Assembly (NCBI GenBank): GCA_002269645.1
Contig: NIVC01001789.1
Coordinates: 173,573 to 237,572 of the forward strand
DNA length: 64,000 bases
DNA from: Macrostomum lignano
Lineage: Eukaryota
Reading direction: 5' to 3'
Both the position numbers and the translations under genes were made by a program. Numbering within the stretch: position 1 is the stretch's first letter; every line of letters starts with the position of its first letter. Shown here piece by piece: positions 1 to 10,884 of the stretch. Under the pieces are notes generated by a model. It made no database searches. It worked only from the letters and a program-made list of their open reading frames with translations, and was not told where the DNA came from.

Positions 1-412
1 TCGCCATGGAGAGTCGGAACTGCAACTCGTCATCTCAGCTACCGAAGCCGCCGCCTTCAGAGCTGGCCCGGCACGAGGTCGGCAAAGATGACAGCTCTGG
101 TGTTAAAGTGCTGAGCAGTGCCAGCCCTATCAAGTCTTGGTGACGAAATTAGGCTGACATTGAAACTGTCAATAACATTTTGATGAAAAATTGATAAACA
201 TCTAATAATCCAATTATCATATTCAAATCTCTCGCTTTAATTCTTAAAGCAACCATTCATAACTTGTTAAAACAGCTTCTATTACATATGCTGTGCTATT
301 AGTTCCATTCAGACTAAGTTGTACTGGCAATTAAATAGTAAAAACAAAAATGTTGTTACAAATATTGTGCTGACAACTGCTTGTAATTGTTCATCATTTG
401 TTCATTCGAGGC

Positions 413-2100
413 TCCACTCTCCCACACTCTCCCACACACTCCCACACTCTCTCCCACTCTCCACACACTCTCACACACACTCCCACACACTCCCACACTC
501 TCCCACACTCTCCCACACACTCCCACACTCTCCCACACTCTCCCACACACTCCCACACACTTCCACACTCTCCCACACACTCCCACACTCTCACACACTC
601 TCCCACACTCTCTCCCACTCTCCACACACTCTCCCACACACTCCCACACACTCCCACACTCTCCCACACTCTCCCACACACTCCCACACACTCCCACTCT
701 CTCCCACACACTCCCACACTCTCCCACACTCTCTCCCACTCTCCACACACTCTCCCACACTCTCCCACACACTCCCACACTCTCCCACACTCTCCCACAC
801 ACTCCCACACACTCCCACACTCTCCCACACACTCCCACACTCTCTCACACTCTCCCACACACTCCCACACACTCCCACACTCTCCCACACTCTCTCCCAC
901 ACTCTCTCACACTCTCCCACACACTCCCACACACTCCCACACACTCCCACACTCTCCCACACTCTCTCCCACTCTCCACACACTCTCCCACACACTCCCA
1001 CACACTCCCACACACTCCCACACTCTCTCACACTCTCCCACACACTCCCACACTCTCCCACACTCTCCCACACTCTCCCACACTCTCCCACACTCTCCCA
1101 CACACTCCCACACTCTCTCCCACTCTCCACACACTCTCCCACACACTCCCACACACTCTCCCACACACTCCCACACACTCCCACACTCTCCCACACACTC
1201 CCACACTCTCCCACTCTCCACACACTCTCCCACACACTCCCACACACTCCCACACTCTCCCACACACTCCCACACTCTCCCACACTCTCCCACACACTCC
1301 CACACACTCCCACACACTCCCACACACTCCCACACTCTCTCACACTCTCCCACACACTCCCACACACTCCCACACTCTCCACACACTCTCCCACACACTC
1401 CCACATACTCCCACACTCTCCCACACTCTCCCACACTCTCCCACACTCTCCCACACTCTCTCCCACTCTCCACACACTCTCCCACACACTCCCACACTCT
1501 CTCCCACTCTCCACACACTCTCCCACACTCTCCCACACACTCCCACACTCTCCCACACTCTCCCACACACTCCCACACACTCCCACACTCTCCCACACAC
1601 TCCCACACTCTCTCACACTCTCCCACACACTCCCACACACTCCCACACTCTCCACACACTCTCCCACACACTCCCACACACTCCCACACTCTCCCACACT
1701 CTCCCACACTCTCCCACACTCTCCCACACTCTCTCCCACTCTCCACACACTCTCCCACACTCTCCCACACTCTCTCCCACTCTCCCACACTCTCCCACAC
1801 ACTCCCACAGTCTCCCACACTCTCCCACACTCTCTCCCACTCTCCCACACTCTCCCACACACTCCCACAGTCTCCCACACACTCCCACACTCTCCCACAC
1901 TCTCCCACACTCTCCCACACTCTCCCACACTCTCTCCCACTCTCCCACACTCCCACACACTCTCCCACACTCTCTTCCACTCTCCACACACTCTCCCACA
2001 CACTCCCACACTCTCCCACACTCGCAAACTTTACCAAACTCTCCCACAATCTCTCCCACACTCTCCCACACACTCCCACACTCCCACACTCTCCAACACT
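413..2100. repeat. 10-bp minisatellite (CTCCCACACA/CTCCCACACT)n
   Basis: Continuous tandem array. All six-frame ORFs over it are repeat translations (HTLPHSPTLS etc.). Confidence 0.97.
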
Positions 2101-2539
2101 AACCCACACCAAGAAATCGCTTATCTGTATCTCCCCTTATCCCAAAGCCCCGACACGCCAACACGGGCGGTCTCCAAACTGCCCTAATCTCAAAGCAGAC
2201 ACCTGACTAAGGAAGCGAATGTCGAATTTACAGGAAATTCTGCAAGATAAAGACGTATTTGCTTGGTAATCCTGCTGAGAGCGTCGTGCTCATGCGGAAG
2301 AGATTAGCAGATCTCACTTTCTATTTTGTTAGACTTTAATATCGGCCGTTTAAATGACCAGTTTTTTAATCGGGTTTTGTTAATCCTTTATTACCCGCGG
2401 GTCGTGAAATCCCAGCAGGTCATTGAGATTAGGAGACAAAAAATACGAGTATTTGTTACTCCAGTGGCTTAAATAAATCTTTTATTTGAGGAATTATGCC
2501 TGGGATAGATGAAGGGCGAGTAGCTTTTCTTGATCCCCA

Positions 2540-3790
2540 CCCTCCATCCTCCGAATCTGCCCCAATCCTCCGAATCTGCCTCAATCCTCAGAATCTGCCT
2601 TCATCCTCCGAATCTGCCCCAATCCTCCGAATCTGCCTCAATCCTCCGAATCTGCCCCAATCCTCAGAATCTGCCCCAATCCTTCGAATCTGCCTCCATC
2701 TCCCCGAATCTGCCTCCATCCTCCGAATCTGCCCCAATCCTCCGAATCTGCCTCAATCCTCAGAATCTGCCTTCATCCTCCGAATCTGCCCCAATCCTCC
2801 GAATCTGCCCCAATCCTCCGAATCTGCCTCAATCCTTCGAATCTGCCTCAATCCTCCGAATCTGCCTCAATCCTTCGAATCTGCCTCCATCTCCCCGAAT
2901 CTGCCTCAATCCTCCGAATCTGCCTCAATCCTCCGAATCTGCCTCAATCCTCCGAATCTGCCCCAATCCTCCGAATCTGCCTCAATCCTCCGAATCTGCC
3001 CCAATCCTCCGAATCTGCCCCAATCCTCCGAATCTGCCTCAATCCTCCGAATCTGCCCCAATCCTCCGAATCTGCCCCAATCCTCCGAATCTGCCCCAAT
3101 CCTCCGAATCTGCCCCAATCCTCCGAATCTGCCCCAATCCTCCGAATCTGCCCCAATCCTTCGAATCTGCCTCCATCTCCCCGAATCTGCCTCAATCCTC
3201 CGAATCTGCCTCCATCTCCCCGAATCTGCCCCAATCCTTCGAATCTGCCTCGATCCTCCGAATCTGCCCCAATCCTCCGAATCTGCCCCAATCCTCCGAA
3301 TCTGCCCCAATCCTCCGAATCTGCCCCAATCCTCCGAATCTGCCCCAATCCTCCGAATCTGCCCTAATCCTCCGAATCTGCCCCAATCCTCCGAATCTGC
3401 CCCAATCCTCCGAATCTGCCCCAATCCTCCGAATCTGCCCCAATCCTCCGAATCTGCCCAATCCTCCGAATCTGCCCCAATCCTCCGAATCTGCCCCAAT
3501 CCTCCGAATCTGCCCCAATCCTCCGAATCTGCCCCAATCCTCCGAATCTGCCCCAATCCTCCGAATCTGCCCCAATCCTCCGAATCTGCCCCAATCCTCC
3601 GAATCTGCCCCAATCCTTCGAATCTGCCTCCATCTCCCCGAATCTGCCCCAATCCTCCGAATCTGCCTCCATCTCCCCGAATCTGCCCCAATCCTCCGAA
3701 TCTGCCCCAATCCTCCGAATCTGGCGCACATAAATAGCATAGATAGCATAGATAGCATAGATAGCATAGATAGCATAGATATCGCATATC
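2540..3790. repeat. 19-bp minisatellite (AATCCTCCGAATCTGCCCC)n followed by a short (AGCATAGAT)n
   Basis: Direct reading: 19-mer to about 3720, 9-mer from about 3731 to 3790. Confidence 0.95.
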
Positions 3791-4213
3791 CGGTTTAGGC
3801 ATCTGGATGATGCAAATATCCGACTAGCACAGGTTCAGAACAGGTCTTCCTTAATTTTCGTTGTTTCAATCTACTCAAAATAGACCTCAAATTGGAATTT
3901 TCTTATTTCCTATTCAGTATTTTTCGCTTCTCAATTAGGAAGCCAAATTGAATCGATGGCTGCTTAGGAAAGGGTTATGATCTCCTCAATCGGGGGTAAT
4001 TCACGGACACAAGATGTGAGGCTAAAAACAGGTGAAACAGTGAATAAATTTTTTTTATTTTTTTTGCTTCCCGAAGATCATGACTCATCGTCAATCATGG
4101 CCAGGCGTGTTGGAAAATCTTTATCAAAATAATTTGCCAGATTTACATTGCTAGCGAAAGAAGTATCAACAGATTAGGGAGAGAGATTTAAAATCAGTTC
4201 AAGTAGAGTTTGA

Positions 4214-4565
4214 GAAGTAGAGTGAGGAGAGAAGTAGAGCGGGGATAGAAGTAGAGTGGGGAGAGAAGTAGAGCGGAGAGAAGTAGAGCGGGGAGAGAAA
4301 TAGAGCGGGGAGAGAAGTAGAGCGGGGAGAGAAGTAGAGCGGAGAGAAGTAGAGCGGAGAGAAATAGAGCGGGGAGAGAAGTAGAGCGGAGAGAAGTAGA
4401 GCGGGGAGAGAAATAGAGCGGGGAGAGAAGTAGAGCGGGGAGAGAAATAGAGCGGGGAGAGAAGTAGAGCGGGGAGAGAAGTAGAGCAGGGAGAGAAGTA
4501 GAGCGGGGAGAGAAGTAGAGCGGGGAGAGAAGTAGAGCGGGGAGAGCAGTAGAGTGGGGAGAGAG
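4214..4565. repeat. 17-bp minisatellite (GAGAAGTAGAGCGGGGA)n
   Basis: Direct reading of the tandem array. Confidence 0.93.
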
Positions 4566-5619
4566 AGCAACAAGGCAACATCTGACATCAGAGTGGCATC
4601 TCAAATTCATCGGCCTCGCTATCCAAATTTTGCCCAATTAGTTCTCTTAACATTCACCAAGCGCGTCTCTGTACCGCATCAGGAAATGTAGAAGCATTTG
4701 CTGTGTCTGGGGAATTGCCCTGGGATTCCCAGGCGTTCAGTTTGTGGAGCATGAGGCTAATTTGAACGGAGGTTCAAATTAGCCTCATGCCCTCCTGGGA
4801 CAAGTTTATTCAAAACGGTTTTGAAGACGATTCTGACACTTTCTTGGACCAGTTTGGCTTCAGTTGAGTTTTGTAGTTAACCTTTTAATTTTCATCAATT
4901 TTTTAGCAAATTTGAATATCGTGTAATTTTCGATTTCAAATTGTAAACGAACAAGCGCCTGCCATCGAGAGAAAACTTTATTGAGACTCCAGGCTATCCC
5001 AAATAAATTTTGCAGCTTATTTCTCCTTCCGTACTACACTACTGCCGGTGTCTGTCAGTAGTGTGTAAAACATTTTTTGTCTGTGTCAATTCTGCCCATT
5101 CCGCTGACTCCTGAGCCATAAATTAATTCGGCCGCGCTCTGTCCACGCCATATTAAGCTTTTCTTCTCTAACTTATGAGAATTCCGCATCGCTAGAGGCT
5201 GGCTCAAAACAGTTTCAGAACCGCGGATAGTCTATGGTAGTTATTGGTGACTAAGAACGATGTAGCACTCTCGTTCGACTGAGCTTCAAGATCCGTAGTT
5301 AGGGTTTGTTTTATTTTTATGTGGTCCATAAGTTTCTAGCAACTTCTCGCCGAGCTCACCAATGAATCCGACTTCGCCCAGATCGAAATCATTGGCACGC
5401 GGCGCCCTACCACAGAAGCGGCCACAGTCTGGTCAAGCTTCCGTGACGTCATCTCCAGCCAGAAACTCGCCATCAATGGTTGCTGCTAGGCCAGTCGGAA
5501 TTGGCAGCGTTCAGAAGTCGGCGGGCTCGCCCGGAGTACGAGATCTGCGAAGGTGAGCTGGGCTTTGCAGACTGCACTGCAGTGCACTGTAATGCAGTAC
5601 TAGTTAAACTGAGTATGTC

Positions 5620-6403
5620 ATGAGTTCGCAAAACCTCCGGGTCCGCAGGCGAGCGTTGCAGAACTTCAAGCTGGGCAAAAGTCGAGCTCCAGTTCCAGTT
5701 GCCCCGGCTGCAGTTGCACCTGCTGATGACTCGGCTGCTAGTGCAGGTCGTACCGGAAGCGAGACCGTTGGCTTGAATGATGAGGTAACTAACTATAAGA
5801 TAGTGGGCTGGCTCAACGGACTAACGTAGCTTAGTTAAAAGGACATCCACATGTAGCTCGTAAAGGTTAATTGTTAAGTCAATAGGTACTTTACTTTGGT
5901 TGGATAGTTTGTTGGTGAACAAGACGAATATTATTGAGAACTTCTGCTCCTATGAACAGAGGACTTGATTGGCATGGCTTGACTCCGTTCTCCGTCGCAA
6001 AAGACTCTGTTAGACAGACTCAATACGGTCTGATGCTGCTAAGAGCGAAGCGTCCTCGTCTGTACACTTCAGTCCTAAGATACCTACGTGTCTCCGTGTT
6101 GTTCTTTTCTATCTTTTCTCCGTGCCAATTGTAGAAAGAGCAGCAACAGCAGCAGCCAAACGATTCGGCAATCTTCTGGCACGAGATGAGTCGAACGTCC
6201 GAAATGCTCACCAGCGCCCTCGAAGACGAGACCAGACGAATGCGGGCTGGCAGTGGAAATGAGGATCGCCAGACTGGTGGCTCGATGGCAACCGTTGTGG
6301 AATTGCGTAATCTTCTGAGCGAAGTGGAAAAACTAAAGCAGATCCAGCGACAGCGACAGCAGCAGCAACAACAACAAAAACCACCACCACCACCACAACA
6401 ACC

Positions 6404-6440
<37 letters not shown>

Positions 6441-9400
6441 CCACAAACGCAACAACAAAAACAACAACCACAGCAGCAGCATCAGGAGGACGAGCAGCAG
6501 CAGCTAAAACAGTTTCTAAATCTAACTACCGATAGTCAGCATGTTGTTTCAGTTGAGATCAATCGAATCCTTCGAGTACTTGACGCTTTACAACGCCGAG
6601 GCCTTCAGCACCACGTTGCATTGTCCGCCGCAGAAATACTCAGCCTACGCGACTCAATTCGTCGAATGAATCCGTCAGCGTTGAGCTGCGCGGACATCGA
6701 ACTGCTGTCTAACGCTCGAGAGCTTGTCGCTTGCGTTGGTGGAAAGCTGGCCGAGCAGCTGCGCCAGCGACAGCAGCAGCAGCCGCAGCAAAAACAGAAG
6801 CAGCACCAGCACCAGCAGCAGGCTTCCGTCAGGTTAGTCTTCAGTTGAGTTTTAAAACTTTTAGCTATAGCTTCATCAAACAGGAGGTTGTAGCCCAGTG
6901 GCTAGAGCGTCGGACTCACCAATTGAAGGTCGGGGGTTCGACTCCCGATCTCACTGGAACAATTTGTGTCCTTGAGCAAGACACTTAACTCTGCATTGCT
7001 TCAGTTCACCCAGCTGTAAAATGGGTGCCAGCATTAGCTGGGGTGATTGACTGTGCGTGTGGCGACCCCCGTCCTTGGACTGAACAGCCGTACGCAGCCT
7101 TCAGATGCGCCGCGCAATAGCTGCGGCTGAGCTGTCGGTTTCACACCTGCCCCAATTGAGGGCAGGTGTAATCAATTAGTTTTATTCATTATTCATCAGA
7201 AAAGTCCGAGCGGATGTCAGAGAAAGGCAGTTGAAAATATTCATGCTCCACTATGGTTGCGATGCTCGCGCCACAAACATCCAGGTCTCTCGATCGTCTG
7301 CCCCAGATGGAGGCACGGCAGCAGCAGCAAGCGGTCGAACCTGCTTCAGCCAATACACCAGCTCAAGGCCAACTATCAAGCCAAATCGAATCAGTCATTG
7401 AGGGGCTACGCCAGCTCAACACAACAACGGATCATCCAAGTGATCGACCGTTCAAAAACGGAGAAGTTCAAGGCCTGATCCGCGATCTGAGAACAGTCAC
7501 GGCGGACAATGCAACCGAGGTTGACCGGCTGCTCATTCAGCAGCTGGGCGAGAAAATCCGCAGCGTCCGAGAGCAGTCGGCAGAGAATCGAGTAGCCGAC
7601 ACGGCCGAGTCTGGTCCCGACAAGCACCGGGTTCAGAATTTGAAAATTGCTGACGAGTTGCAGTTGTGGGAGCAGACACCTGCTGGACAGCAGCAGTCGC
7701 TTACGGAGCAGCCTGAGGCGGCAACTCCGGCCAAGTCGGAGTCGGCGGCGACAAACGCGCACTCGTCTCAGGTGTCGCCGACCAACGACAAGTCGGCAAA
7801 GGCGGTGCGTTTGAAGAATACTGATGAGGCGGTACAGCAGCAGGAGCAGCGGCGGCCCCAGGCACTGCGCTCGTGCCTCAAGCCGGTCAGCTGGAAGCCC
7901 GCAACCGAGTCGCAAACAGTAAAAAACGACAACGAATCGCGTCCTAGCAGAGGCCGTGAGTTTTGGTCGGGAATGCGGCATCTTTTTCATTTTGTTTTTG
8001 CCTCTCTATATTGCAGACTGTGCATGCCTGACCATGGTAGACAGATTTTATGGTGGGGAGACAAAGCCAACAATTCAACATGTACATGCCAAAATTCCTA
8101 CATTTCCATTATTTTGAGAATCGTGTTGTCAGCGCTCGCTTTGACGCTACAGGCACTCATTTTAGCGCCACAGGCACTCATTTTGGTGCCGCAGGCACTC
8201 ATTTTAGCGCCACAGGCACTCATTTTAGCGCCACAGGCACTCATTTTAGCGCCACAGGCACTCATTTTAGCGCCACAGGCACTCATTTTAGCGCCGCAGG
8301 CACTCATTTTAGCGCTGCAGGCACTCATTTTGGTGCCGCAGGCACTCATTTTAGCGCTGCAGGCACTCATTTTGGTGCCGCAGGCACTCATTTTGGTGCC
8401 GCAGGCACTCATTTTGGTGCCGCAGGCACTCATTTTTAGCGCCGCAGGCATTAATTTTGGCGCCGAAGGCGCTATATTTCGGCGACCTGAAGAAAAATTA
8501 TTAATTACCACAACGGTTCACAAGGTTGTGAACCGTTTTTTACTGTTTGCGCATTGGCATGTCCCCCCATAGCTTTTACCGAAGGGGACATGTCCCCCCA
8601 TAGCTTTTACCGAAGGGGACATGTCCCCCCATAGCTTTTACCGAAGGGGACATGTCCCCCCATAGCTTTTACCGAAGTGGACATGTCCCCCCATAGCTTT
8701 TACCGAAGGGGACATGTCCCCCCATAGCTTTTACCGAAGTGGACATGTCCCCCCATAGCTTTTACCGAAGGGGACATGTCCCCCCATAGCTTTTACCGAA
8801 GGGGACATGTCCCCCATAGCTTTTACCGAAGGGGACATGTCCCCCCATAGCTTTTACCGAAGGGGACATGTCCCCCCATAGCTTTTACCGAAGGGGACAT
8901 GTCCCCCCATAGCTTTTACCGAAGGGGACATGTCCCCCATGGCTTTTACCGAAGTGGACATGTCCCCCCATAGCTTTTACCGAAGGGGACATGTCCCCCT
9001 GACCCCCCGCGATGGCGACGCGCCGATGGTAAAGTCAGACGCAGTTAACCCAAACAAACAACATCTGCCCTAGCTAGAGATAAAAGCAGGAAAAAGATTA
9101 GCGAACTACCAACAAAAATACTGCCGATATGACTAAAACAGACTGGGTGCAAAATGGAACAACGGGTGTTGGGAAGATGCGCCTCAAATACGGGAGACGA
9201 AGTCAATGCAGATAAAGAGAGCTATATAGGAAAGCATTGGATGAGGCTTATCGCATGCTACACTTATCAAGTAATACTTGTTTGCATATACTCTCCAAGG
9301 CTCAGCCCTGCCACTTTGTATGTAGCATCGCATTCAGTTCCTCTCAGACAGGCCTCGCCACTTTTCCTACGGGACAGCAACTGCTGACTGCGAATATTTT

Positions 9401-10775
9401 ATCCCATATTTTATTGCCTTCCCCCTTTATAGGCAAAGATCGGGGGGGAGGGGTGGCGGCATAATAATTATGTGGAATTTTATACGCTTCACCAATGAAG
9501 AAAAGTTTACGGACTAGCTCTCCAGAACATGCGGCTGGCGATGCTGTCTGGCTGTCCCAAATTTAATGTGCCTTACTCGATCTGTCTACTAAATCCAGTG
9601 TAATTCAATCCATTAACTTTGCTTATCCTGACCCACGAGGGAGGCGATTCTCATCATCATCAGTGAGTTGAGGGCGATTCTCATCATCATCAGTGAGTTG
9701 AGGGCGATTCTCATCATCATCACTGAGTTGAGGGCGATTCTCATCACGGAGTTGAGGGCGATTCTCATCACTGAGTTGAGGGCGATTCTCATCACTTAGT
9801 TAAGTGAGCATTCAAGGCTCGTTCACAGCAGCGCTCACCTGCTCAAAAGGCAAAAATCCGAGTATCCTAACGGCATCGCTAACGAAGCCTTGTCAACCAC
9901 CGACCGCCCACTCTCATTGGCGCACAACCGCAGGCTCTGTACTCAGAGGCTTCATCAAACGACTCGGCGGCAAAAGCGGCAGCCGGGGTCGCCGAAGAAG
10001 CAGCAGTGCCGGCAGCGGCAGCGGCGCTCGATCGCAGAGCGCCGTCGGCCGAGTTTTCAAAGCGCTCTTCGGCGGCGGCGGCGGCGGCGGCGCCAGCGGC
10101 AAGCACCGACGCCGATCCGCCGGCGCCGCTAAGAGTCGTCGCCATCGCCGGCATCGACGGAGTCGCGGCGCCGGTCGCAGCCGCAGCAGGCATCCGCGGA
10201 GGAAAATCCGCAGTCGCAGTAGCAGCAGCACTAGGAGCAGCAACAGCAGCAGCAGCAGCATAAGCAGCAGCGATAGCGACATCGACAGCAGACGCAAGCG
10301 CAGGCGCCATCGGCGACACAGGCGCCGGTGTCGACACCAGACAGCGCGCCAGCGACGCAGAAGCAGCAGCCGGAATCATCGAGTATCGGCTGACAACGGC
10401 GAAGGAGTCGGCGAAGGAGGCGGTGGCGGCGGCAGGGGAGATGATTCCTCCGACTGCTCCTACAGCACCGGCTCGCAGTCATCAATGGCTTCGTCTGCAT
10501 CATCGTCGACAACATCTTCTGAGGCTGCTCGCATCTCCGCCGCCAAGCTGGAGCCGATGGATCTGATGGACATCCGTGAGACCCTGCTGCGGCTCACCAA
10601 CTATTGGGAGTGCCAGAAGTGGAGGAACAGCGCCCGAGACAGCGGTGGCAGCGGCGCTGGTGGTAAACAAGGAGGCGGCCGTCAACCAGACGACGATTTG
10701 AACAGTCTGGACAGTCGGCTAGCAGCGGCGGTGGTGCGGATGCACGGCCTGGACAAGCCAAAGACAGAGAAATGA
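5620..10775 (+). CDS. Putative four-exon orphan gene encoding a Gln-rich, helical and Ser/Arg/Gly-rich low-complexity protein
   Basis: Exons 5620-5784, 6135-6832, 7285-7955 and 9829(or 9817)-10775. Donors GAG|GTAACT, CAG|GTTAGT, GCC|GTGAGT; acceptors TGTAG, TCCAG, CACAG. Splice phases 0, 2 and 1 all join into one open frame. No recognisable family motif. Confidence 0.5.
6883..7190 (+). mobile_element. tRNA-derived SINE with CORE-like domain, apparently full length
   Basis: A-box TAGCCCAGTGG, B-box GGTTCGACTCC, then CTTGAGCAAGACACTTAAC...CTGTAAAATGGG (resembles the MIR/CORE consensus). 3' 10-bp stem ACACCTGCCC/GGGCAGGTGT and an AT-rich tail. Two more copies in the window. Confidence 0.85.
8020..9025. 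mobile_element. MITE-like element carrying a 21-bp array (8152-8450) and a 31-bp array (8572-9000)
   Basis: The unique segments flanking the 21-mer match the reverse complement of 53251-53714. It ends in TGGCGACGC like that copy. The left end is approximate. Confidence 0.65.
9640..9797. repeat. 24-30-bp minisatellite GAGGGCGATTCT(CAT)nCAGTGAGTT
   Basis: About 6 copies with a variable internal CAT count. Confidence 0.9.
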
Positions 10776-10884
10776 CTCACCGCTGATGCAATGAAGACTG
10801 CGGCACCGCTAAGCCAGTTTCATACGGCTGCTGGCCTCAGTTGATTCACGAGATTTTCTTGCCTATTTGCAAGTTTTAGCGACG

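Noticed and set aside
1-143. Short open frame ...MESRNCNSS...SPIKSW* at the window start
   Set aside because: Could be the last exon of an upstream gene, but it has no motif and the context is cut off.
319-4637. Long His/Pro/Ser-rich ORFs in multiple frames
   Set aside because: Open in nearly all frames on both strands because the repeat units lack stops; no splice or domain support.
6883-6960. tRNA-like sequence
   Set aside because: It is the head of a SINE: no complete cloverleaf, and it continues into a body shared by three copies.
8572-9000. CRISPR-like 31-bp palindromic repeats
   Set aside because: No unique spacers, no cas genes, eukaryotic context. The same holds for the 22-bp and 35-bp arrays.
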